Shown: piece after piece, positions 36,865 to 50,012 of the stretch
Layout: each line of letters opens with the position of its first letter
How positions within the stretch are numbered: position 1 is the first letter of the stretch
Assembly (NCBI GenBank): GCA_038496445.1
Contig: JALMLS010000479.1
Location: 209,240 to 273,239 of the forward strand
DNA length: 64,000 nucleotides
Origin: Trichosphaerium sp. ATCC 40318
Lineage: Eukaryota > Protista > Tubulinea
Reading direction: 5' to 3'
Translations under genes and position numbers: made by a program
The notes under the pieces: model-generated
Told to the model about the DNA's origin: nothing
The model's database searches: none
What the model saw: only the letters and a program-made list of their open reading frames with translations

Positions 36865-39800
36865 TTATATGTAATAGTTTTTTTTCCATTGCTTGTTGAG
36901 ACCGCTAACATAGCCTTGAATACTGAAAGGTAATATACCATTACTTGCCATTAAAGTATCAAAGCTTCTTGTTCTTACAAGAACAGCTCTTGATTTCTTT
37001 GATTGTTTCTTTGGTGAGCTAGAAGCATCTATAACAAGAAATAAGTTGGAATGTTTTTTTTTTGGTTTCATTCATGCTTTGTCTCTTACCTTTTGCTTTC
37101 TTCCTCTTGTAGTTTAAAAAACGTTCATGCTCTACAGTATTCTTGACAACAAAACGAGCAACATGAACACGACTCTTTTGACCCATCCTACACGACCATA
37201 AATTGTCAAAAGTTGGTGGCAAAAAAAAAAAAGGCAAAATGGTTTTGTTTTGGCATTCATTTGAGTTCGTACCTGTAAGCTCTTCCAATTGCTTGAGATT
37301 CAGTTGCCTCTATTTCCTCTCTCGTTCCGATTGCAGAGTCTACAACGATTAGTGACTGTTGATACGGTAAAAAGTGCTTCTGCACTAAGTGATGGCATAC
37401 CCAATAGAACAATATGTTTAGCATTCATCAAGTTTGTTCCTGACGCTGCCTTTTTGGTACTTAGAAGTAATACACGAATATCCTGTCCACTGTTGTCACT
37501 AAATGACTTGATCGCCTTTTCTCTACGAAATACATTTCTAAATAAATGTTAGAAACAGTACTACCTTTTGTTGCTTTATATCGATGCTTACCCTTCAATT
37601 GAAGTACTGTAAATTCCGTTCTGGAAAAGCACACAAGCCACTTGATGCAACACTTTTGAGAACTGTAGAGTGGGTGAGAAGGGGAATAAGGTTGGACAAT
37701 GATAGAGGTGAGATGATTAACGTACACTTGAGAATAGGATTATCTTTGAAGTTGGTTCTTCTTTCCAGATACCTTCAAGATATCCGATCAACATGCTTAT
37801 CTTTGCACCATACATGATAACTCTTTCATGTTCAGTAAGATTGACATATCTTTTCTCAGGATATCCCTTCTACAGAGTGATAATTTGGTTAGTTAAACGA
37901 TGAGATTGTTAGAAGAAAGATGTTTCATCAATTGAAACAAAGACAGTACCTTTATTAGCTTTGATTCAAATGTTAATTTAGGTCTCAACAGCTTCTTGAG
38001 ATGGTTGATGGTATCCTCATCCTCATATTCAATACAACGTAAATCCGCAGCTTGTTGTAAACTGTCAAGATTCGCTTCTTCTAAAACATCAAGACCAAGT
38101 TCTCTGCTCCTCCCTTCGATGGTTATTTCAGGCTTTCCCTTAAAAACACGTGAGAATCACGTGAACATTAATATCACCTTACGACAGTTTCAAGTTGTTT
38201 TTTAACTTTGTCCAACTTGCAACAAAGCTGAACTGATTCTCTTTTTTGCGTCTTGAGTTTTGTAATTCTTAGTTTTACTTCATCAAAATATCTCTCACGG
38301 TATTTGTTATCAGTTTTAAGTTTTTTCTTTTGTTCTTGTATTGAATGATCCCAATTTGTTTGGGCCTGTGATTCCTCCTCAAGTTTATCCTTGATAAATA
38401 TAAGAAATCATGTCAAAACACGTGATTGATATGACGAAACGGTACGTTAATCATCGATGCTATTTCTGAATAGAGTGCTGGTAACATTGGACCTTCATGT
38501 GCACTTGTAAGTGAACACAACTCACCTAAATCTATAGAGCAAATAGGTGAATTGATTGGGTTTTAGTAGTGTTATTGTACCTGTACCCATAGGTTTACAT
38601 AATTTGGTAACATTGTAATGTATTTTTTGGATGGGATGAAAGTCAACAAGTTCCTACAAATTAAGTTACTTAAAACAACTCCAAGATTTGTTGTACGAGA
38701 ATCTCTTTGTATGGTGGTATCTCCCAATCATCTTTTGCACTCTCTTTTGTGTGTCTCCACATGTAATTGTTGATCAAGATATCGATGAATGACCATCTAA
38801 GGGTATGAATGTTAGATCAAGTTGTGAAAGGTATCAAAACACAAAAAACCTCTTACGTCTTGTATTCGCTATGTGCCTCAGGAAGGTGCCACCGAAAGTC
38901 AGGTGATCCATGTTTATAGTTTATACGTCTAAGTATTATTATAAGTGTAAGGCTATGACAAAGTGATATCTAGTACGTTTCCCCAGGATGTACTGCTCTA
39001 TGACTTCTTGTTTCGAATTTTTTTCCAGTGAGAAAAGTGAGAACACCACGGAACGTTGTACTAGAACAACACTATAAGACTAATATGCTCTGTGTAATAC
39101 AGTGTGATTACGTACTTTTTAGGGAATGGAGTGCCTGTGACATACCACCTAAACTTAGACTTGTGGGCAGCCAAGATGTTGTCTATCGTCAACAAAGTCA
39201 GTTATTGTTGCAAGAATTAATTTTTTTAAGAACGCACTTGGCCAAATAGGCTTGTGAACAAGTTCATGTCCTTCATCAAGTATTATACGATGCCAGTATA
39301 TCTCATCAAGACCTCCTTTTTCTCCAATTTTCACTCTGTAGTTCTTGTTTGCAAGAAGTTGATGAGAAACAACTACAACATCTAGTATGGTTTTAGCAAT
39401 CAGCAGGTTACAGCTAAATATTATGGTTGTACCAGCGTTTGTCAATCCAGCCCTTTTTGCTTTCTTCAAGTCCCTGATGGTTGTTATCTTATGTATTGTC
39501 ATATCTCTTGTTGTGCGATTATGCATCTCCTCAACCCATTGTTTTGCCAAATGACTTGGACAACAAACTACAAACAAACAATGACATCAGATTAAAGTGG
39601 TTGCAATACTGGAAACGCGTACCTAAGGTTGCATTGCTACATTTCTTGCCATCTACTTTTTGATCTTTATCAAACTGCCCTTTATTGCTCAATATCAATC
39701 CAAGAACTTGAAAAAAGTAAAAAGTCAGTTCGTCAATGCTTGTTAGTAACAATATTGAAATGTACCCTCAATCGTTTTACCTGAAAATACAACAGTTAGT

Positions 39801-41638
39801 TTAAGTGACTGAATGAATATATGTCTATTGCGCGTACCTAGACCCATTTCATCAGCAAGAACACCTCCAAGGAACGTTGCTTGTCGTTTGTAACTATCAT
39901 ATTGAAATCTTGGAATAATCAACTTGTTCTTCAAGTCAAACATGATATTCGATCCTGATGATGTCCATGGGACAAGAGGTAAATAATTCAAATCTAAAGA
40001 CATCTTAGCAACTCAACTACTAAGATTGTCCAGTACATTCGTTGGCATCAATCTGTTCTTCAATATTCACCATCCAACTGACACACTCTAGTTGGTAGTT
40101 ATATAACTTCACGTTGAGACATGAAGGTTGTTCGATGGCGCGAAGTATGTTCTAATAAATTATTAAGTTCAAGAACCGCACTTATAAACAGTAACAGTAC
40201 TAAGCACATAGTACAAAAGTGGAAAGAGCAAAAAATACCTTTGGTATCTTTGGTGATTTGAAATCATAAGTTGACACATCTAAAAGACGTCCAAGCTCCG
40301 GATACAACTGACATAACATACAATGGAATAATATATGTTGGTTTTCAACAACAGATCCCTTTGCTATTTTTCTTTCAAGCCTGTAATGTTCCGTGTCAAT
40401 AAACAACAAATGAACAAAACACAACTTACTGTTTTAAATTTATTTCAATGTCAACTGTATTATGTCTCTTACCTTTCTTATACCTCCAAACTCTCTCCTA
40501 CATAATCAATTAGGTAAAATACAGTACTGTGATATTATGTACTTTGTAAAACGGTTCGATGCTGAACTGATCATTGCTGTAAAGAAGTCGAAGTTTTGTC
40601 CATTGACAAATAAGTAAACTGCTTTTCAATTTTCCTTTGGAGTACAGTTTTCCAGTATTATCGAGATTCTACGACAAATATGAGTGTATACTCTATAATT
40701 CTACTCAAAAGTAGCATAGTGAATAACACGTGCCACTAAATGCATGAAGTGTCTCGGTGTTTTTACATCCTCCCCATATTTTGAAACAAGACTTGGAGTA
40801 GTTTCAATGATTACTGATTTCCTAGCCAACTCCTTTTTTTCATATGATAAAGACTCCCACCATATATTAAGAATAGAATTTGAAAAATGAACAACCTAAA
40901 TACTCCTCATCAAATCGATGCAAACACGAGTTTTTTGTGAACTTTGATTCGCAAAAAAAAAAATCAATCAATTTTTTTGCCGCAACACGTGCGAAAAAAA
41001 ATATTGTTCTAGAACAACGTTATGTTTTGTTTTCAATACAAGTGGTTTATAGCATGTAAGGGAAAAAAAAACCGAAAAAATGTTGCCAGTTTTTTCGTAC
41101 CTCAAAGCCTAGGGTATCTATTACTTGCCAATTTAGCCTTACATCTTGCGCAATATGCCACCACTGCTTCTAGTTTGAAATGTAAATTTAAATTTCACAC
41201 GGAAAATTAGTGTCATATGTGGTCAAGAACAATATTTTCGAACAATTTCGAAAAAAATTCGAACGTTTTCGAACTTTTACCGCCACGTGAAAACAGGGTT
41301 TTGATGTAAAAAGTAATTGTACGTTTACTACTCTACTTGATTTCAAGCTTATTCTATCTAGAGAGTTGAAAATATGGTGGATTATCTCGTTTGGCAAGTA
41401 TGGCGATTCAATAGTTCTAGCATCATCCAAACTATCCCTGACATCGTTTTCATGCGTAGAAATGTCCATAGGCGTTGCTTTAGGGAATTGTTGAGATAAA
41501 GCTTCATCGTTTACTATTTTGCGGCGTTTTTGTGGTGGCTGAGGTGTTGTATTCAATTTATATGCTTCACGTTTTGTTTTACCACGCTACAAACCAAACT
41601 GTCAAAACTTCAAAGCTTTACCATAAGAGTACCTGCAT
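36865..41638 (-). CDS. F-box plus SNF2-family (Rad5/16-like) helicase, paralog A
   Basis: MQ|RGKTKRE..., F-box YLPNEIIHHIFNSL, GGVLADEMGLGKT, VVCPSHLAKQW, HRIILDEGH, WYVTGTP, KIILFS, ASGTNL, QAIGRAYRMGQ. Confidence 0.85.
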
Positions 41639-42374
41639 TGTCTCGCTTTAGATGGATTTAGCTAACTGGTGCAAAAGGGTAAGTTCGTGAAAGCCTATAT
41701 AAGGCAACTTCATTTTTCTGGCCCGTTTCAGTGATTTTTGAGAAAAATTGTCCATCGCATTAAGGAATTTTCGACTCGTAAAAAGCTGAGCGTAAACATT
41801 TCTGGTTTCAAAGAATGGACTTTGTTTTGCTACAGTTTTGGGTTATTACATTTTTTTACGCTCAATACTTTTCACTAGCGTACTTAAGATTTTGCCTACC
41901 AAAACCAAAAAAAAAACCAGAAATAAACCTAAATACGATCTTTGTATGTTGCACCACCGTGTAGAGTACGAAATACGTATTTAAAGTTGAAAATAAGGGT
42001 ACCATTTAATGTGAAATGCGGTGTTCAATAAAAACAAAGTAAATGTGTAGCGCAGTACCTAATCCTCAAAACGCCTTGTTGCAGCTTATGTTTGAAAAAC
42101 GTCAAAGTCACTTTTTGTGCCAGTGGCATTGCTTTCTCAGAGAGGTGCTATTCACTGAATCCTTTGACCTAAAATTTGTGCTTCTTCACATACAAGTAAA
42201 AATATCACTGTGCCTTCATAATGAGTGATGACAACGATTCAAGATTGACAAAAACTTTTTTAGAAGATTGAGTAAGATTGATTAAGTCACGCTTACTAAC
42301 TATTTATCTCACGCAGCTAAACGTTTGAAAGCACAGCAACAACAATACAACTATACTCAATCACCAACAATCAA

Positions 42375-45300
42375 ATGGAGGTACGAGTTGCTATCGGTGC
42401 AAGCGCAGTGAAGAGTTGGCGAATTTTTTTTTTTTTTTGACTTGAGAGTTGTAGGAGTGTAAGTCAAAGCGTAAAGCTTCGAAACTGGAAGAAGCAACTC
42501 AACCTGCGAGGAAACGACGTAAAGTAGAGAACGACGAAGAAACAACGCCAAAACACGTTGACGAAGAGCCTGCCGTTGATGCAATGGATATATGCGAGCC
42601 TGAATACTCTATGAGTGATTCTGGAGCTGTTGAAGCGCCGTTCTTGCCGAATGAGATAGTTCATAAAATTTTCAAATATCTGAACGACAAAGACGTGGAT
42701 TCAAGCGGTGTAGTAAATGTACGTCAATCGAGTTGTAGTTGCTACTTGGAAGACTCGCTTTTCTTCGAATTAACACTTTTTTTTTAAAACAGCTGCAATG
42801 GTGGAATATTGCTCACGATATCAAACTTGATTGGCAAGTGATAGATACCTTAGGGTTTGAGGTATAAAGCGGCAACCAACCCAGCTTTTTTTTTTTTGAA
42901 ATCAATCAACATTTGTTCTTTCAAATACCTTCCTCGTCATGAACAGAGTTCGTTTGATGTGCGCTTTAGGAAATATGGTCATCATCTACTGTTCTTAAAG
43001 TATGGTGGGCCTCGATTGGAGATGGAGAAACTTATTCTAGATCAGAAGTTAAGTCGGTTGTTATCGAAACAACCAAAAGTTTGCTGAAAAAATTTGGAAG
43101 GGCTTGGAGCAGACCAGTTAACTTCACTCATGGTGTAGTACGTATTTTTTTTCCTGCTCTTATGTGTCTTTTGCTAAACACGTGTTGACTATTCTTTTCT
43201 TCTAGTTCTTGAGTGAAAACGGAAACAAGGTATTGCAGGGAAAGATGAACAAGAGTTTATTGTGTGCACATACAAGCAATCTTTACAACAAGGCTTTGTT
43301 TAGCATAGACCCATTTCGCAAGGTAACTTTTAAAGCACATGGTTTAATCTACTCATTGTGTATCGTAGGAGAGTGTTTGGAGATATAGACTAGGTACAAG
43401 GAGGACCGTTGATATTCAAATCAATGTAAGAGAGTACGTATCAATGGCTTGACTTGTTATTGATGCGGACTACAGGCTTGAAAGGAAAATAGCAAAGGGC
43501 TCTGTTGTTAAAAACCAACATATCCTATTCCACTCTATGCTATGTCAGTTGTTTAGAGAACTTAAAGATCTATTGGATGTATCAACTTATGATTTCAAAG
43601 CGCCTAAGATACAGGTATTTTTTGCTCTTTCCAGTTTTGTACTATGTACTTAGTACTATACTAGAACGTTCTCAACACTGTCGAACAACCTCCATGTCTC
43701 AACCTGACATTATACAACTACCAATTGCAGTGTGTGAGTTGGATGGTTGACGTCGAAAAACAGATTGATGCCAACGAATGTACTGGACAATCTTAAATCT
43801 ATTTTTGAGTTGCTGAGATATCTTGTAGATTTGAATTATTTACCTCTTGTTCCGTGGACATCGTCAGGATCGAATATCATGTTTGACTTGAAGAACAAGT
43901 TGATCATTCCAAGATTTCAATATGATAGTTATAAACGACAAGCAACGTTCCTTGGAGGTGTTCTTGCTGATGAAATGGGTCTAGGTACGCGTAATAGACA
44001 GAAATCTATTCATTCAGTCGCTTAGCTTAAACTAACTGTTGTATTTTCAGGTAAAACGATTGAAGGTACATTCAACATTGTTACTAACAAGCACTGACGA
44101 ACTGACTTTTTACTTTTTTTTCAAGTTCTTGGATTGATATTGAGCAATAAAGGGCAGTTCGGTAAAGATCAAAAAGTAGATGGCAAGAAATGTAGCAATG
44201 CAACCTTAGGTACGCTTTTCCAGTATTGTCAACATTTTAATCTGATGTCATTGTTTGTTTGTAGTTTGTTGTCCAAGTCATTTGGCAAAACAATGGGTTG
44301 AGGAGATGCATAATCGCACAACAAGAGATATGACAATTCATAAGATAACAACAATCAGGGACTTGAAGAAAGCAAAAAGGGCTGGATTGACAAACGCTGG
44401 TACAACCATAATATTTAGCTGTAACTTGTTGATTGCTAAAACCATACTAGATGTTGTAGTTGTATCTCATCAACTTCTCGCAAACAAGAACTACAGAGTG
44501 AAAATTGGAGAAAAAGGAGGTCTTGATGAGATATATTGGCATCGTATAATACTTGATGAAGGACATGAACTTGTTCACAAGCCTATTTGGTCAAGTAAAT
44601 ACTTAATAGCACGTGACATTCTGATTAAAACTAAAACATTTTAGACACGATCTTAGAAGCCCACAAGTCTAAGTTTAGGTGGTATGTCACAGGCACTCCA
44701 TTCCCTAAAGAGTACGTAAAATCATACAGCTATCAGAAAAGAACTTACCAGTAACTACAGCGTGACACTCCGTGGTGTTCTCACATTTTTAACTGGGAAA
44801 AAATTCCAAATTCGAAGACCTAGTGCTAGGAATCCTCAGAACGCGTATATATAACCCTATCTATTTAAATTTCTCCTCATCTTCTTCGCTTAGAACTGTT
44901 AAATGGGAAAACGGCGAACCAACATATTCTTGGAGCCTACTAGAGGCACATCGCGAATACAAGACGTAAGAGGCACTTTTTTGATTTAGCAATGTCGTTT
45001 TGTTAACGTTTCACAACTTGATCTAACATTCATACCTTTAGGTGGGCATTCACCGATATCTTAATCAATAATTACATGTGGAGACATACAAAAGAGAGTG
45101 CAAAAGATGATTGGGAGATACCACCATACAAAGAGATTCTCGTACAACAATCTTGGAGTTGTTTTAAGTAACTTAATTTGTAGGAACTTGTTGACTTTCA
45201 TCCCATCCAAAAAATACACTACAACACTGTAGAAATGTGCAACGCTGAAGGTATGAATCGTTTTATAAATCAAATAACTTACTTGATGTAGAGTTGGGTA

Positions 45301-47150
45301 TGTTATGTTCCATTACTAGAGAACATGAAGGTCCAATGTTACAGGCGTTATATACAGAAACTAAAGAAAGCATCCAAGTATGTACCAAAACATCATCGTT
45401 ACATACATCTGGTTAACCTCTAATTCTTCACAAGGAGCTTCTTGATGATGAAGAAAATACACAAAAAGAGCTAGATGTTGAGATAGACGCCTTGAAAGAA
45501 AAGATAGAAACGCTGACACAAGAAGTAAAAACTCAATTAACAATCGCAAGAGCGAAACTTAAGAAACTAAAGATGCAAAGAAAGGCATCAATTGAGCTAT
45601 GTCGAGGCCTAGATGAATCCGACGATCCAAAAATTATGGTATTGTTCATGAATCGTTTCAAAAAAATATCACAAGATTGACACGTGCTTCAATGCAGAAA
45701 CTACTAGAAAGAGAGACAAAATCACAGCTAGACTTGGACAATAAAATCGCCAACAAAACAGCAAGGATAGCAAAGATAAACAAAAAGCAACAAATCATAG
45801 CTCACAAGGCAAGTCTTCAACAACTGAAGACAAAGAAAAGCGAATCGGTACAAGCACACCGCAAGTACAAAGCATCCAAGAAAGCACTCGACAAAATTGT
45901 ACGTCATCATTTCCTTGTTTTGAAAAATGAGCACGTGATAGTAATGTATCTTTTTAAGGAAAAGCCAGAATTAAACATTGAAGAGAAGAGTAGAGAACTT
46001 GGTCTTGATGTTTTAGAAGAAGCGACTCTTGACAGTTTACAACAAGCTGCGGATTTACGTTGTATTGAATATGAGGATGAGGATACCATCAACCATCTCA
46101 AGAAACTGTTGAGACCTAAGTTAACATTTGAATCAAAGCTAATAAAGGTACAGTCATTGATGAGATGTTCTTTCTTATCGCTCTGTAGAAAGGATACCCT
46201 GAAGAAAGATATGTTAATCTTACTGAACACGAGAGAGTTATCATGTATGGTGCAAAGATAAGTGCATTGCTCGGATATCTTGAAGGTATTTGGAAAGAAG
46301 AACCAACTTCAAAGATAATTCTATTCTCAAGTGTACGCTAACCATCTCTACCAATCCATTCCTTTCTTCTTACTGTTGTTTTACAGTTCTCAAAAGTGTT
46401 GCACGAAGTGGGCTGTGTGCTTTTCCAGAACGGCATTTCCAGTACTTCAATTGAAGGGTAAGCACCAAGTTGCAATAAGCTATTTAGTTAACGACATATA
46501 CCTAACATATGTTTAGAAGTGTGTTCCGTAGAGAAAAGGCAATCAAGTCATTCAATGACAACAACGGCCATAACATCCGCGTTCTTTTGCTATGTACAAA
46601 AAAGGCAGCATCAGGAACAAACTTGATAAATTCTAAACACATTGTTCTATTGGGTACGCCTTTCAGAAGCACTTTTTACCGTATCAACAGTCACTAATCG
46701 TTGTAGACTCTGCAATCGGAACAAGAGAAGAAATAGAGGCAACTGAATCTCAAGCAATTGGAAGAGCTTACAGGTACGAACTCAAACGAATGCCAAAACA
46801 AACCATTTTGCCTTTTTTTTTTTCCCCCCAACTTTTGTTAAAATCTGGTTGTAGGATGGGTCAAAAGAGTCGTGTTCATGTTGCTCGTTTTGTTGTCAAG
46901 AATACATTAGAACATAAACAGTTTTTAAAGTACAAGAGAAAGAAAGCAAAAGGTACAACAACATCACAGAACCAGCACGAATTATTAACTCAGTTTATCA
47001 GGTGCATTGCACACGCAACAAAAAAGCTCGTCTTCAAAATCATCAAGACCTGTACTTGTAAGAACAAGCAGCTTCAGTACCCTAGTGGCTAATAGCCACT
47101 TACTACCATACAGTATTAAGGGTTATACTAACGCCTCAAAAGAGTTCTAA
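42375..47150 (+). CDS. F-box plus SNF2-family helicase, paralog B (divergently transcribed)
   Basis: ME|ECKSKRK..., F-box FLPNEIVHKIFKYL, same helicase motifs and intron positions as paralog A; ends SIKGYTNASKEF*. Confidence 0.85.
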
Positions 47151-47266
47151 GCATAACAGGAAAAATCTGTAACATTCTATTAAAAACTTTTACTTTCATT
47201 TTCTTGTTGTGGTTGTAAGTGTCATCCACGTGGTTTTAAACATGGATTTTGAGTTTGTTTTGCCAT

Positions 47267-47835
47267 TTAATAATTACACTGATACTCATTGAAAGCTGTC
47301 TCTTTTACACCATCTACAAACAAGCAATGACTCCATAGTTGTCCTGAGAAATGCCACTCTTTGAACTCTCCATCAAGTTGATCATTTAAGTAATTACAAT
47401 GTCTCCATAATTGACCATTACCATACCATTGCTTACACTCACCATTACGCTTTCCTTCACTCCAATGCTCTATTCTTACGATCCTTTTCACATCACCAAA
47501 ACCATAGGTAGTACAGACTTGTTGTTTCATCCATTTTCCTTTTTTTTTCAGGCTGTCTTCTTCAAACCTTGTAATCGTTGCTGTCTGTTTAGATAATAGA
47601 GGCCATTTAACATACATCTCAAAGTCATAGTCAATAATATCAAGTTGAAGCTCAACTGGAAGTAAGAGGAGATAAGATTCCGTTAAGGAGCCTAAAAGAT
47701 TAAACTCTTTTGAGTTTTTTTTGGCGCAATTTGCCACGTTTTTTTGTGATTCCTATTTCAATTATTAGCCTGCTATTTGCTCAAATTACGTAACAACAGT
47801 TGAATGTGGTGTCATACCGTATGTTTAGTCTCCAT
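47267..47835 (-). CDS. F-box-like plus MORN-variant repeat protein, one intron
   Basis: METKHT|ESQKNV..., LLLLPVELQLDII (F-box-like), NGECKQWYGNGQLWRHCNYLNDQLDGEFKEWHFSGQL (MORN_2-type repeats). Confidence 0.7.
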
Positions 47836-48054
47836 TTTAAACGTTTTTTTTGACTACACCCAAAATACTGGTTATGTGTGTTACTGAGTACTTGTTGTAA
47901 CTTTGGGGAGGTCTAAGCGCTAATAGAAGATGCTTATTCGGTTGATTCACTTGATTAAGTTACTCCCTTGATCAGCCACTGCTTGATGTACCTGCATAAG
48001 TCAACAAGTGTCAACAAGTTTTAACGCGTATAGACCAGCACGTTATTCTTATCA

Positions 48055-48325
48055 AGAAGCTGATAGAAAGGTTGCGAATCTCGTATCTTCAGGTAGTCGG
48101 AGCGGTACACGTGACGGATGCGAATACTACAACAAGAGCAAACGCAGAGGATTTGCTTGTATTGGATGTGGTATGCAGCTTGCTGTAGACGAGTTTAACT
48201 ACAACAGACGCCCAAATGTACCAGGTGTACGCCAAAAATAGCCAAGCAAACAAAGAGCTACACTCCTAACCTCAACTAACCTCTCAACAGCTTATTGTTA
48301 CCTTAACTGATGGCAACAATAACGC
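48055..48325 (+). pseudogene. Internally deleted inverted paralog fragment of the VWA receptor gene at 50013-54873
   Basis: DRKVANLVSSGSRSGTRDGCEYYN matches DRQVPDLVSSGSRSGTRNGCDCYN; SKRRGFACIGCGMQLAVDEFN...RPNVP, an intron and LIVTLTDG match 53080-53270. Confidence 0.8.
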
Positions 48326-48573
48326 GCATTTACACCATGATGCTAATTTGATGCATCACACAACTACCACACGAAATGTAAGCCAGTTGATACCTTAGTA
48401 AAAACTTGATTGAACTCTTTTCGGACAAATAAACACAATGATTTCTCCTCTCCTGACTTGTTGTTGGTGTCTTGAACGTATGTATCTGCTTCCACTTTTT
48501 ACAGTGTATGTACAGAAAAAGAAGATACCACATGCGCTTGCAATGCTTGATTGGTACAATTGTTTTTTTCATT

Positions 48574-49367
48574 TTAGCAAGCTACACTATTGTTACTCTT
48601 GTTTGCTACCTGCTCTATCATATTCCAGGTAAATTCATCTAAATCACTGGAAGTCTCTGGATGTGGGCCACATAGTACAACTTTACCCTTACCACATGTA
48701 CCTCGTACTATACATCCCATCTTAAACATGTTTTTGGCTGATTTTTTTGATCCTGCGCCTTTACTAACTTCTGCCATTGTCTCTATACCTTCAGGTATAT
48801 TATACTTTGGAAACAGAGGACCGTTATGATATTTGCATGATATCACGTGATTTTTACTAAAGAAACCTTCAATGCACGTTTTCATTTGTATCTCTCCTGA
48901 AATCTCAGGTTCATTTTTTGGTATTTTTTTGTTTGCAAGAATTGAGAGTAATCCAATACCATACTGAGGATTTGAGGTACCCAAGAAAGCTCCTGCACAT
49001 ATACCAAAATACCCTATATCAATTTTAAGCTATATGGATCAAACATGGGTGTACCTCCGCCGTTTTCTACGAACGTTTTTACAATTGTCTTCCCTTCACT
49101 TCCTATAGTATTGCTTTGTTGTACTTGTGAACCTCCTGGGAATATGACTATGTCGTAATTTAAAACATTAAGATCCCTTTCTATCGTCTTAACACACTTT
49201 ACAGTGCACCCGTGATTGCTGAGTATAGTCTTAACATTGTTAGGTCCTGGTTTTTTTTTGTTGTGTTAGTCAAAGATTAGTTGTTGAAACACTGCTGTAC
49301 CTTTACCTCCAGTGCCCTTTCCAATGTACAAATACACTCGCAGTGGTTCTCTATGAGTATTATCCAT
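48574..49367 (-). CDS. Stand-alone BPL-N domain (class I glutamine amidotransferase-like) protein
   Basis: VYLYIGKG, YDIVIFPGG, FVENGG|GYFGICAGAFL, GKGKVVLCGPHPE (Cys and His-Pro-Glu catalytic set). Confidence 0.8.
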
Positions 49368-50012
49368 CTAGTATTAAAACCAATCTTGAATGTAAGCCGA
49401 ATAAATATCATAAGTCTATGAGAAACTCAATAGAAGCTTCAATGAAAAGAGCATTTACAATTGTGAGTTTTTCAGTCGCCAAATCAGTAGTTGCATGTAA
49501 TCTTTTTCTATAAAGTATTGTTCTAGATTGCCGGTTGCTTTACCTTCTTCTGTTCTTCCCAAGGTATCCAAAATCTACTCTTTCTTTATCTAAACGCATT
49601 CTTACGGTCCTCTCCTTCTATTGCTACTTTAGACGCAACATTCATTAAGACTATTATTATGTAAGGTAGAGTTTCTAATATCTACCAATTTGTATCACGT
49701 GATAGAAGCACATACAAACAATATGAAATATTATTTTAGTTGCACAGTTCTACACCTAAAAGCATCATATAAAGCCTTCCAGTCTTTGTAAGCCGGTACA
49801 AAGCCAAAGAAAGTAATTTTACGTCCCATGAGCTACAAGCTATTGCACACAAAACAGGTGTTCAACAAAACTATTTGGCGCAATTTTCTCAAAAGCTGTC
49901 AAAAATAAAAAGGAAACTACTTTTATTAAAGGTACAAAAAAGGATTGGTTTCAGAAAAACCAAAACCATTTTATAAAATAAGAGCCTTCGCTCTCTTTTG
50001 ATTTGTTAGAAT

